Source of the DNA: Terriglobia bacterium
GTDB taxonomy: Bacteria > Acidobacteriota > Terriglobia > Acidiferrales > UBA7541
Direction: 5' to 3'
Assembly: GCA_963695545.1 (NCBI GenBank)
Contig: OY968796.1
Span: forward strand, 3,840,001 to 3,904,000
Length of the DNA: 64,000 bases
A program made the position numbers and the translations under genes. Below, one piece after another: positions 46,816 to 56,019 of the stretch. The first letter of the stretch is position 1. Every line of letters starts with the position of its first letter. The notes under the pieces are model-generated. The model saw only the letters and a list, made by a program, of their open reading frames with translations. It had not been told where the DNA came from and did not search any database.

Positions 46816-48029
46816 ACGCGCTCGCGGCCGCGCATCCGATTCTGGTTGTGGCGCTGATCAAGATCGTGGTGCTGCTGTTCCTGTTGATGACCGTTCTGGC
46901 CTACCTCTCGTGGTTCGAGCGCAAAGTGATCGCGCACATTCAATCGCGATGGGGGCCGTATCGCGTGGGGCCGCATGGCTTGCTGCAACCGCTGGCGGAT
47001 GGCTTGAAATTTCTATTCAAAGAAGATCTGGTGCCGGCGGGCGCGGACAAATTCGTATTTCTGCTGGCGCCGCTGCTTGCGCTTTCGCTGGCGATCACGT
47101 CGATCGCAATGATTCCCTTCGGGCCGTACGACATTACGATTTTTGGACAGCACACGCCTCTCGAAATCACGAATCTCTCGTTGGGCCTGCTGTTTCTGTT
47201 TGCCATCACATCGGTCGGCGTGTACGGGGTGACGCTGGCCGGCTGGTCATCGGACAGCAAGTATTCGTTGCTCGGCGGACTGCGCAGTTCCGCGCAAATG
47301 ATCAGCTACGAGCTCGCGTTGACGCTTTCCGTGGTCGGCGTGCTGTTGATGAGCGGGAGCTTGAATCTGCGGGACATCATCACGTCGCAGCAAGGCTTCG
47401 CGTGGGGAATTCTGCCGCGCTGGAATCTGCTCGCAGGACCGTTGCCACAAATACTTGGATTCTTCTGCTTCTTCACCGCATCGGTGGCGGAGACCAATCG
47501 CGCGCCGTTCGATCTGGCGGAAGCTGAAGGCGAACTGGGCGGAGGATTCCACACGGAATACTCGAGCTTCAAATTTGCGATGTTCTTCATCGCCGAATAT
47601 TCGAGCATGGTCACGGTCTCCTGCCTGGCGACAATTTTGTTTTTCGGCGGCTGGCTCTCTCCATTTCCTGCAACGTGGACGTGGACGGCGTACATTCCCG
47701 CCGTTGCGTTCGGACTGGCGGGCATCGGGCTGATCGTCGATGGCATACGCTATCGGACAATCTTCGGGCGCATCGTGCTGCCGGTTGTGGGACTCGTTCT
47801 CCTGGCGGTGGGAGCGCTGCTCTTGCGTCCCGGTGTTCTCGAAGTCGCGCAGGGGCCGTTTTGGTTTCTGCTGAAGATGGCCACGTTTCTTTTTATTTAC
47901 GTGTGGGTGCGCGGCACGCTGCCGCGATTTCGCTACGACCAATTGATGTCGATTGGATGGAAGGTGCTGTTTCCGCTGGCGCTCGCAAACGTGGTGCTGA
48001 CGAGCCTGGCCGTGGCGTTGCGGCCGTGA
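46812..48029 (+). CDS. nuoH: NADH-quinone oxidoreductase subunit H
   Basis: ERKVIAHIQSRWGP.RVGPHGLLQPLADGLK, ETNRAPFDLAEAE, PRFRYDQLM. Confidence 0.96.
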   Translation: MNALAAAHPILVVALIKIVVLLFLLMTVLAYLSWFERKVIAHIQSRWGPYRVGPHGLLQPLADGLKFLFKEDLVPAGADKFVFLLAPLLALSLAITSIAMIPFGPYDITIFGQHTPLEITNLSLGLLFLFAITSVGVYGVTLAGWSSDSKYSLLGGLRSSAQMISYELALTLSVVGVLLMSGSLNLRDIITSQQGFAWGILPRWNLLAGPLPQILGFFCFFTASVAETNRAPFDLAEAEGELGGGFHTEYSSFKFAMFFIAEYSSMVTVSCLATILFFGGWLSPFPATWTWTAYIPAVAFGLAGIGLIVDGIRYRTIFGRIVLPVVGLVLLAVGALLLRPGVLEVAQGPFWFLLKMATFLFIYVWVRGTLPRFRYDQLMSIGWKVLFPLALANVVLTSLAVALRP

Positions 48030-48042
48030 GGGCGGCGATGCG

Positions 48043-48537
48043 ATGAGCGTGGTTTTCCTGGTGTTTCTGGCGCTGGCGGCGCTCGCGGTGGCGGGCGCGA
48101 TCAATTTGATTGCGCAGCGCCACCCGATTCACAGCGCGCTTTCGCTGGTTGTGGTGATGGTGGCGCTGGCGGGCGAATACCTGCTGATGGGCGCCGAATT
48201 CATCGCGGCGGTGCAAATCATCGTGTATGCGGGCGCGATCATGGTGCTGTTCATTTTTGTGATCATGCTGTTGAACGCCGGCGTCGAAGATCGCACCAAT
48301 TTGAGTCACATCGCGCGCTGGCTCGGCTTGCCGGTGGCTGCGATTCTGCTTGCGGAACTGGCGTGGACCGTGCGGCACGGATCGCGGGCCGCGGGCAATC
48401 TTCCAGGCGGAACGGTTTCGACAAGTCGTCTTTCGACGCTGCTGTTTCGCGAATACGTGTTTCCGTTTGAGTTGACGTCGGTTTTGATTCTGGTGGCGAT
48501 CATGGGCGCGATCGCTCTGGCGAAGCGCGAAGAGTAG
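48043..48537 (+). CDS. nuoJ: NADH-quinone oxidoreductase subunit J
   Basis: AEFIAAVQIIVYAGAIMVLFIFVIMLL, PFELTSVLILVA. Confidence 0.95.
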   Translation: MSVVFLVFLALAALAVAGAINLIAQRHPIHSALSLVVVMVALAGEYLLMGAEFIAAVQIIVYAGAIMVLFIFVIMLLNAGVEDRTNLSHIARWLGLPVAAILLAELAWTVRHGSRAAGNLPGGTVSTSRLSTLLFREYVFPFELTSVLILVAIMGAIALAKREE

Positions 48538-48571
48538 CGCCGGGCGATTTAGGCCGCCGCGGGGGGAAGGC

Positions 48572-48874
48572 GTGGTTTCTGTCTCTGACGTCCTGGTGCT
48601 GAGCGCCTTGCTGTTTGGATTGGGCGTGATCGGCTTCATTTTCAAGCGCAACATCATCACGCTGTTCATGTGCATCGAGCTGATGTTGAACGCGGTGAAC
48701 CTTGCGTTTGTGGCGTTCAGCCGCGCGCTCGGCGAGCTGCAAGGCCAGATTTACGTGTTCTTCGTGATCGTGGTGGCCGCGGCCGAAGCGGCCGTGGGAT
48801 TGGCAATCGTGATTCTGATCGCGCGAAATCGCCGCTCGCTGAACGTCGAGCGCGTGGATTCGCTCAAGCTCTAA
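48572..48874 (+). CDS. nuoK: NADH-quinone oxidoreductase subunit K
   Basis: IELMLNAVNL, VAAAEAAVGLAI. Confidence 0.95.
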   Translation: MVSVSDVLVLSALLFGLGVIGFIFKRNIITLFMCIELMLNAVNLAFVAFSRALGELQGQIYVFFVIVVAAAEAAVGLAIVILIARNRRSLNVERVDSLKL

Positions 48875-50808
48875 TGCCCGTTCTCGACCACTTGTGGATC
48901 ATTCCGCTGCTGCCCTTGCTGGGCGCGGCGGCCAACGGCTTGCTGGGCCGCGGATGGAGCGCGAAACGCGTCAACGTGGTCGCGCTCAGCTCGACGGGCT
49001 TGGCGCTCTTAGCTGTGCTCGAGCTCACGCGCGAATTCTTCCGTCTGGGTGCGGACCAACTGCCGTGGATGCCGCCCGGTTATTTTACGTGGATCGCAGC
49101 GGGCGGATTCCGCGCCGATTTCGCGCTGCAAGTCGATCAGCTCACGCTCGTGATGCTGCTCGTGGTCACCGGCGTGGGCTGGCTGATCCATCTCTACTCG
49201 ACCGGATACATGTCGGGTGATGGCGGCTACACGCGCTTTTTCGCGTACATGAATCTTTTCATGTTCTTCATGCTCATTTTGGTGCTGGCGGCGAATTACG
49301 CGCTGATGTTCGTCGGGTGGGAAGGCGTGGGCCTGGCGAGTTACCTGCTCGTCGGCTTTTTCTTTTTGAAACCTTCGGCGACGAATGCCGGCAACAAAGC
49401 GTTCTGGGTGAATCGCATCGGCGATTTCGGTTTTCTGCTGGGACTGTTCTTGATGTTCCGCACGTTCGCGTCGCTCGATTTCAGTTCGGTGTTCCCGCAA
49501 GCCGCCGCGATGCCCGTGGAATCCTCCGGGCACGGCGTGATGACGGCGATTGCGCTGCTGCTGTTTGTCGGCGCAACCGGAAAATCGGCGCAGTTGCCGC
49601 TATACGTATGGCTGCCGGACGCGATGGAAGGCCCGACGCCGGTAAGCGCGCTGATCCACGCCGCGACGATGGTCACGGCCGGCGTGTACATGGTGGCGCG
49701 CTCGAGCATGATCTTCACGCACGCGCCACGCGCGATGATGGTCGTCGCGGTGATCGGCGCCGTCACGGCGCTATTCGCCGCAACGATTGCCCTGGTCCAG
49801 ACCGACATCAAGAAGGTGCTGGCCTATTCCACAGTCTCGCAATTGGGTTACATGTTCCTTGGGCTGGGAGTGGGCGCTTTCGGAGCCGGAATTTTCCACT
49901 TGATGACGCACGCATTTTTCAAAGGATTGCTGTTCCTTGCCGCCGGCAGCGTGATCCACGCCACGGGCGGCGAACAAGACTTGCGCAAAATGGGCGGACT
50001 GCGCAAGAAAATTCCCTGGACCTACGGCACGATGCTGATGGCCACGCTGGCGATCGCAGGCGCGCCGGGATTTTCCGGATTCTTCAGCAAGGACGACATT
50101 CTCGGCGCGACCGACACGAGTACGGGCGGACAGATCCTGTGGCTCATCGGCGTCGTGACGGCCGGCCTGACGGCGTTCTACATGTTTCGGCTGCTGTTCC
50201 TGGCCTTTCACGGCGCGCCGCGCTACGACGAACACGCCGTGCATGTTCACGAATCGCCGAAGTCCATGCTCGTGCCGCTGGTCGCGCTGGCGGTTCTCTC
50301 GGTGGTCGGCGGATGGTGGGCGGTTCCCGAATTTTTCGGCGGACCGAACTATTTCGATCGCTTTCTCGCTCCGGTGTTCGCGGCAAGCGGCACGCTGCTC
50401 GGGGAAATGAGCCGCGCGTTCGTGCTTGGGCGCATGGCGGTGGCTGTCGGCGCGGGACTCGTGGGATTTATTGTGGCTTGGTGGTTTTATCTCGGCCGCT
50501 CGAAAGCGGCGGATCGTCTTGCGGAATCGCTGTCTGGAATCTATCGCCTACTTGTCGGCAAATACTTCATCGATGAAATTTACGCCGCCGTCATTGTGCG
50601 GCCGCTCGTGTGGATTTCGCGCGTGGTGCTTTGGCACGGTGTGGACGAAGGCGTGATCGACGGCACGGTGAATGGCGTCGGGCAATCGGCGCAAGTCGGC
50701 GGCGGCATTTTGCGACGCATCTACTCGGGCAACACGCGGAGTTACGCGACGTGGGTGGTGCTGGGCGCCGCGGTGCTGGTCGCATTCCTGCTCTGGATGG
50801 GACACTGA
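48874..50808 (+). CDS. nuoL: NADH-quinone oxidoreductase subunit L
   Basis: GWEGVGL.SY, NRIGD, GKSAQLPLYVWLPDAMEGPTPVSALIHAATMV, HAFFKG. Confidence 0.96.
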   Translation: MPVLDHLWIIPLLPLLGAAANGLLGRGWSAKRVNVVALSSTGLALLAVLELTREFFRLGADQLPWMPPGYFTWIAAGGFRADFALQVDQLTLVMLLVVTGVGWLIHLYSTGYMSGDGGYTRFFAYMNLFMFFMLILVLAANYALMFVGWEGVGLASYLLVGFFFLKPSATNAGNKAFWVNRIGDFGFLLGLFLMFRTFASLDFSSVFPQAAAMPVESSGHGVMTAIALLLFVGATGKSAQLPLYVWLPDAMEGPTPVSALIHAATMVTAGVYMVARSSMIFTHAPRAMMVVAVIGAVTALFAATIALVQTDIKKVLAYSTVSQLGYMFLGLGVGAFGAGIFHLMTHAFFKGLLFLAAGSVIHATGGEQDLRKMGGLRKKIPWTYGTMLMATLAIAGAPGFSGFFSKDDILGATDTSTGGQILWLIGVVTAGLTAFYMFRLLFLAFHGAPRYDEHAVHVHESPKSMLVPLVALAVLSVVGGWWAVPEFFGGPNYFDRFLAPVFAASGTLLGEMSRAFVLGRMAVAVGAGLVGFIVAWWFYLGRSKAADRLAESLSGIYRLLVGKYFIDEIYAAVIVRPLVWISRVVLWHGVDEGVIDGTVNGVGQSAQVGGGILRRIYSGNTRSYATWVVLGAAVLVAFLLWMGH

Positions 50809-50809
50809 C

Positions 50810-52435
50810 GTGCAGCAACCGCTCTTACTGACGGTTCTCACATTCCTGCCGATGGCCGGCGTGCTCGCGCTGCTCGTGCTGCGCTCGGACGATCACGATT
50901 GGATTCGGCGCCTCGCTCTGGTGACTGCGCTGGCCGAATTTCTTTTCTCGCTTCTGCTGCTGCGCGGCTTCGATTCCGCGAACGGCACATATCAGTTCCA
51001 GGAATTTCACAACTGGATTCCCTCGCTCGGAATCCACTATCACCTGGGCATGGACGGCATCAGCCTTTTTCTTGTGCTGCTGAGCACGTTCTTGACGCCG
51101 ATCGCCATGCTGGCGTCATGGAATTCGATTCACGAGCGCGTGAAAGCATTTTTCATCGCGCTTCTCGTGCTCGAAACCGGCATGGTCGGCGTGTTCCTCT
51201 CGCTCGATCTGTTCCTTTTCTTTCTTTTCTGGGAAGTGATGCTTATCCCGATGTATTTCCTGATCGGCATCTGGGGACACGATCGGCGTATCTACGCCGC
51301 AATCAAATTTATTTTGTACACCATGTTCGGTTCGATTTTGATGCTCGTGGCCATGATCTGGCTCGCGCAGCTCGCGCACACGTTCGACATTGTGGCCATA
51401 CAAGAGCGATTAATGACGGGTCAGCTCGCGCTTTCCTCGCGCACGGAAATGCTGCTGTTCGGCGCGTTCTTCCTGGCATTTGCCATCAAGGTTCCGCTGT
51501 TTCCGTTCCACACCTGGTTGCCCGATGCGCATACCGAGGCTCCCACGGCCGGCTCGATTCTTCTGGCGGGCGTGCTGCTGAAGATGGGCGCGTACGGCAT
51601 GCTGCGCTTCTGCCTGCCGTTTTTTCCGGATGCGAGCCGGCGATACGCGCCTGAGATCGCCACGCTTGCGATCATCGGCATTATCTACGGCGCGCTGGTG
51701 GCCATGGTGCAGACCGATTTGAAGCGGCTGGTCGCGTATTCGTCGGTCAGCCACATGGGCTTCATCGTTCTGGGCATTTTCGCACTGCATCCCATCTCGG
51801 AAAACGGCGCGGTGTTCCAGATGCTGGCGCACGGCGTTACCACCGGCGCGTTGTTCCTGGCCGTCGGCATGCTCTACGACCGCAGACACACGTTCGAAAT
51901 TTCCGAATACGGCGGTCTGGCGACGCCTATGCCCGTGCTCGCGGCGTTCTATCTGTTCTTGTGCTTCGCTTCGGCCGGACTGCCGATGCTGAACGGCTTC
52001 GTGGGCGAATTTCTTATCCTGATCGGAACGTTCGTGCGCCACTCTACTTGGGCGTCGTGGGCCGCGCTGGGCGTGATCTTCTCCGCGGTGTATCTGCTCT
52101 GGTCGTACCAGCGTGTGTTCTTCGGCGCCGTCACGCAAGAGCGCAATCGTACGCTGGCGGATGCATCGGTGCGCGAGCGCGGCCTTTTGACGGTGATGGC
52201 GATCATGGTTCTGTGGATGGGCGTCGGTTCAACCGGATTCACGCGGCGCATCGAGCCTTCCGTCACGTACCTTCTCGAAACGATGCAGCGGCCCGCGGTT
52301 GACGCAAGCACGCGTCCGGCGGCGCGGCCCGCGCCTGCCTTCGCCCCGGCCGTTGTTCCGGCGGCCGCGCATTTCGCGACGCCCCAATCCGCGCCCACGG
52401 CCTCCGCGATTCACGCGCGGGGAGCGGCCGACTAG
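50810..52435 (+). CDS. nuoM: NADH-quinone oxidoreductase subunit M
   Basis: FWEVMLIPMYFLIG, IKVPLFPFHTWLPDAHTEAP, AYSSVSHMG. Confidence 0.95.
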   Translation: MQQPLLLTVLTFLPMAGVLALLVLRSDDHDWIRRLALVTALAEFLFSLLLLRGFDSANGTYQFQEFHNWIPSLGIHYHLGMDGISLFLVLLSTFLTPIAMLASWNSIHERVKAFFIALLVLETGMVGVFLSLDLFLFFLFWEVMLIPMYFLIGIWGHDRRIYAAIKFILYTMFGSILMLVAMIWLAQLAHTFDIVAIQERLMTGQLALSSRTEMLLFGAFFLAFAIKVPLFPFHTWLPDAHTEAPTAGSILLAGVLLKMGAYGMLRFCLPFFPDASRRYAPEIATLAIIGIIYGALVAMVQTDLKRLVAYSSVSHMGFIVLGIFALHPISENGAVFQMLAHGVTTGALFLAVGMLYDRRHTFEISEYGGLATPMPVLAAFYLFLCFASAGLPMLNGFVGEFLILIGTFVRHSTWASWAALGVIFSAVYLLWSYQRVFFGAVTQERNRTLADASVRERGLLTVMAIMVLWMGVGSTGFTRRIEPSVTYLLETMQRPAVDASTRPAARPAPAFAPAVVPAAAHFATPQSAPTASAIHARGAAD

Positions 52436-52437
52436 AT

Positions 52438-53928
52438 ATGTTTCCCTCGCATGCAGAAATGCTGCGCCTCGCGCCCGAAATCGTTCTGACGGTCCTCGGC
52501 GCACTGGTGATGCTGGGGTCGCCGTTCTTTGAACGTCCGGCCGGGGCAAGCCAGCCGAAAGGCGCGAATTGGCTCACCGCGATTTCAATTTTCGGCGTGG
52601 TCGCGGCACTCGCGTCCACTGATTTCGCGGCGCACAATCCCGGCCCGGCTTTTTCGGGCCTGATCTCGGCCAACGCTTTCAGCACGCTTCTGGACTGGAT
52701 CATTTTGAGCGCCGCGCTGCTCGTGCTGCTCGGTTCAGCCGGTTACCTCGAGCGCGACAACATGGCCCCCGGCGAATTCTGCGCGGTTATTCTTTTCGCC
52801 GCGACGGGCATGTGCGTGATGGCCAGCGCCACCGAGCTGGTGACGATTTTCATCGGCCTCGAAATCAGCTCGATCGCCAGTTACGTTCTCGTCGGCTATC
52901 GCCGCGATTCACCGCTTTCGGATGAAGCGGCGATGAAATATTTCCTGCTCGGCTCATTCGCCACGGCGTTTTTCCTCTACGGCATCGCGCTGATTTACGG
53001 CGCCTCCGGAACCACGCGCCTCGATCAAATCTCCGCATCGCACGGTGGCCCCGTGCCTGCGTTGATGCCGCTGGGACTGGGGCTGGTTCTGGTGGGCCTG
53101 GGCTTTAAAGTTTCGGCTGCGCCTTTTCAGATTTGGACGCCTGACGTATATCAGGGCGCGCCTGCGCCAGTAACCGCGTTGCTATCGACAGGGCCCAAGG
53201 CCGCGGCCTTCGCCGTGCTGCTGCGCATCGTCGCAAGCGTCGATGCGGCTTCAGGAGTGTGGATGTGGGCGCTGTGGACTGTCGCGGTGCTTTCGATGTT
53301 TGGCGGGAATTTGGCCGCGCTTGCGCAGTCGAACCTCAAGCGCCTCTTGGCTTACAGTTCGATCGCGCACGCCGGCTACATTCTCGCGGCGCTGGCTGCG
53401 GCGGCTGCGGCAGCGTCGTCTGGCGATCCGAATTTGTGGATCAAAGGCATCGCCGCGGCGCTGTTTTATCTGGCGGCGTACGCCCTGATGAAACTCGGCG
53501 CGTTCCTGATGATCGCGCACCTCTCCGGACCCGGCGAGCAGCGGCAGGAACTGTCTGACTTCGCGGGGCTGGGCACGCGGCAACCGATAGCAGCGGCGTG
53601 TCTTTCGTTGTTTCTTTTTTCGCTTCTGGGCCTGCCCATCACCGCCGGCTTCGTCGCCAAATTCTACGTGTTTGGCGCGGCGCTCTCATCGCACCTGGTG
53701 TGGCTTGCGCTGGCAATCGCCGTGAACAGCATCATCGGTTCATATTATTACCTGCGCGTGATCGTGGTGATGTACATGCGCGAACCGCAGCAGGAAACTC
53801 CGCGCTTCCCCGTTCCCGCGACCGCCGTGGTCGCGCTGCTCGTGGCCGCCGTCGGCACGGCCTTCTTCGGCTTGATGCCCGCGCACTTGACCGATTGGGC
53901 CGCGCGCGCCGCGGCGTCACTGCGCTAG
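52438..53928 (+). CDS. nuoN: NADH-quinone oxidoreductase subunit N
   Basis: EAAMKYFLLG, FKVSAAPFQIWTPDVYQGAP, KRLLAYSSIAHAGY. Confidence 0.95.
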   Translation: MFPSHAEMLRLAPEIVLTVLGALVMLGSPFFERPAGASQPKGANWLTAISIFGVVAALASTDFAAHNPGPAFSGLISANAFSTLLDWIILSAALLVLLGSAGYLERDNMAPGEFCAVILFAATGMCVMASATELVTIFIGLEISSIASYVLVGYRRDSPLSDEAAMKYFLLGSFATAFFLYGIALIYGASGTTRLDQISASHGGPVPALMPLGLGLVLVGLGFKVSAAPFQIWTPDVYQGAPAPVTALLSTGPKAAAFAVLLRIVASVDAASGVWMWALWTVAVLSMFGGNLAALAQSNLKRLLAYSSIAHAGYILAALAAAAAAASSGDPNLWIKGIAAALFYLAAYALMKLGAFLMIAHLSGPGEQRQELSDFAGLGTRQPIAAACLSLFLFSLLGLPITAGFVAKFYVFGAALSSHLVWLALAIAVNSIIGSYYYLRVIVVMYMREPQQETPRFPVPATAVVALLVAAVGTAFFGLMPAHLTDWAARAAASLR

Positions 53929-53961
53929 CCGGCACGCACAGATCTCTTTCCAAAAATAATT

Positions 53962-53994
53962 CGGCCCGAATTCTCGCGTGGAGAATTCGGGCCG
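53962..53994. terminator. Hairpin between convergent operons (probable terminator)
   Basis: 14-bp perfect stem CGGCCCGAATTCTC-gcgtg-GAGAATTCGGGCCG; A-rich left flank gives a U-rich tail on the minus strand. Confidence 0.7.
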
Positions 53995-54054
53995 GTTAAA
54001 TTTGCGCTGGCTTCCGAGAAAAGGTCAGGTTGCCGCCGCGCGGGATAGAGGCCG

Positions 54055-54381
54055 CTACTTCACTTTGATGAAGATGATGGCGAAGGTATAGAGGGCCATC
54101 GATTCGATCAGCACCAGTGCCAGAATCAGCATGTTCTGGATCACGCCAGCCGCGCCTGGATTTCGCGCCATTCCTTCCGAGGCCGCGGCCGAAGCCTTGG
54201 CCTGCGCGAATCCGCAAGCCGCCGAAGCGATGGCCATCGCGAAGCCGGAGGTGATCGCAACCCAGTTTGTCGGTGTGGGCATTGAGCCGCTATCACTCTG
54301 CGCGAACGCCGAAGGCGCGAGAAGCATCGCCGCTAAAACCACAAGCAGAAACGTGGCGTAGGTCCTTCCGTGCTTTTTCAT
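54055..54381 (-). CDS. atpE: F0 ATP synthase subunit c (with signal-peptide-like extension)
   Basis: ARNPG loop, LIESMALY carboxylate helix; follows atpB. Confidence 0.93.
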   Translation of the reverse strand: MKKHGRTYATFLLVVLAAMLLAPSAFAQSDSGSMPTPTNWVAITSGFAMAIASAACGFAQAKASAAASEGMARNPGAAGVIQNMLILALVLIESMALYTFAIIFIKVK

Positions 54382-54491
54382 CAAGGTGATTCTCCTTCAC
54401 TCAGAAATGGCCGGCCGGAGGTGGCTCCCGACATCCTCGTGCAGCCGGGATCGCGCGGCGCGGCGTATCATGCCGGTATAAATGGTCGCTA

Positions 54492-55304
54492 TCAATGCGC
54501 TTCCGAAACGGCGCCACTCAAATAAATGACCGGAAGAATCGTGAATACGAAAGCTTGCACGAAGGCCACGAAAATATGCAGCACGATGAACAGCGCCGGC
54601 GCAACCAGGGGCACCGGCGCCAGGACGTAACCCACGGGATTTGCGTGGCCGGCGAACAGGAAAAGCACCAGCGTGAGCCCCAGAAAAATCGTGTAGAGCA
54701 TTTCGCTCACCATCATGTTGACCCACAGACGTACGGTGAGTGAGAGCAGGCGCGCGAAGTGGCTCACCGTCTCGACCACCACCATCAAAGGCGAAAGATA
54801 AATATTCGGCCCCATGAAGTGTGCGCCGTAATGGATGGGACCGTGCTTCCTCAGGCCGGCCCAGTGATAATAGAGGAAGACCACAATCGCACACCCGAGC
54901 GGTACGGAAACTTCCGCCGTAGGCGAGCTCAGGCCCGGAACCACGCTGATCAAATTGCAAATCAGCACGAACAGGCCAATCGAACCGATCATCGGCAGAT
55001 AGCGGTCGCCGCCGTGGCCCAGATTGCTATCGATTAAGTCGGATACGCCCAGGTTCATCGAGTTGTGCAGCAGAGTTTCCATGCACTGTTGCGTCGCGCC
55101 GGGGTTGTCCACCGAAAGCCGCGCGCGCAGCCACAGAAAAAAAACGATGGAAACGAGAAAAACCAGCCACTCCATCGCAATGTGGTTGGGGATGGGATAT
55201 TGCGGATCGGCCGGCGCGATGTGCAGCGCTGCTAGCAGCGCCAGCACGGGCTTCGCCAGCAGCCAATTTACCAATTTTGTGAAGCCCAGAACGTGCTCTT
55301 CCAT
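54492..55304 (-). CDS. atpB: F0 ATP synthase subunit a
   Basis: ETVSHFARLLSLTVRLWVNM (essential Arg), VQAFVFTILPVIY. Confidence 0.94.
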   Translation of the reverse strand: MEEHVLGFTKLVNWLLAKPVLALLAALHIAPADPQYPIPNHIAMEWLVFLVSIVFFLWLRARLSVDNPGATQQCMETLLHNSMNLGVSDLIDSNLGHGGDRYLPMIGSIGLFVLICNLISVVPGLSSPTAEVSVPLGCAIVVFLYYHWAGLRKHGPIHYGAHFMGPNIYLSPLMVVVETVSHFARLLSLTVRLWVNMMVSEMLYTIFLGLTLVLFLFAGHANPVGYVLAPVPLVAPALFIVLHIFVAFVQAFVFTILPVIYLSGAVSEAH

Positions 55305-55328
55305 GATTTCTCGTCTACCCGCGCTTGC

Positions 55329-55760
55329 CTACAAACTCCCCGCCGCACCCTGCCCCGCGCCGCCCGAACTCAGCTCCCAGATAAGTCCCAGGATCACCGC
55401 CGCGGGCGATGCGAACAAACCCGCGAGTAATGAAATTGCCGGCAACGAGGAATGCGTGAGAATAACATACACCGCGACGACCAATAAAGCGAAGCGGCCG
55501 AAAAACTTCGCGAACGCCGATTTCGGCACGCGCGCCGCCGGCGCACCCTCGCCGGCAGACGTTCCCACGCTGCCAAATGCTAGCACGCTGCCCTTGAGCC
55601 ACCGGAAATTGATCCAGGAAAGCGTGGCGCCTATCGCCAATCCCACCGCGCCGCGCCATCCCCAACGCCAACCAGCCGCGACGCTGCCGACGGCACCAAG
55701 CGCAAGCGTCAACCATTCGATTCGGCGCAGCGTGGCGCTGCCGAAAGCTTCACTGGCCAC
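55329..55760 (-). CDS. atpI: ATP synthase protein I
   Basis: 4-TM protein directly upstream of atpB. Confidence 0.75.
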   Translation of the reverse strand: MASEAFGSATLRRIEWLTLALGAVGSVAAGWRWGWRGAVGLAIGATLSWINFRWLKGSVLAFGSVGTSAGEGAPAARVPKSAFAKFFGRFALLVVAVYVILTHSSLPAISLLAGLFASPAAVILGLIWELSSGGAGQGAAGSL

Positions 55761-56019
55761 CGCGCGCTCGCTTTCCGGTCAGGCGGTGAATCACTTCGTA
55801 GATGCCGGCCGCGAAACCCACGCCGCCCAGGATGAGCGCGCACAGCGGCGCGGTGTGCAGCCGCCGATCGAGCAAATAGCCAAGCGCGCCTCCGATTAGA
55901 ACGGAGCCAACCAATACGATGGGCAGATCGATCACATTGAGAAATTTCCAAGACGCGCCGCCGCTCGAACCGCCTGAGCCATACGTGGGCGGGCCTGTCG
56001 ACGGCGGACGTGGATCAAT
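55750..56019 (-). CDS. atpZ: AtpZ/AtpI family 2-TM protein (start uncertain)
   Basis: IGGALGYLLDRRLHTAP..LILGGVGFAAG motif; position between nuoN and atpI. Confidence 0.7.
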   Translation of the reverse strand: MDPRPPSTGPPTYGSGGSSGGASWKFLNVIDLPIVLVGSVLIGGALGYLLDRRLHTAPLCALILGGVGFAAGIYEVIHRLTGKRARGGQ

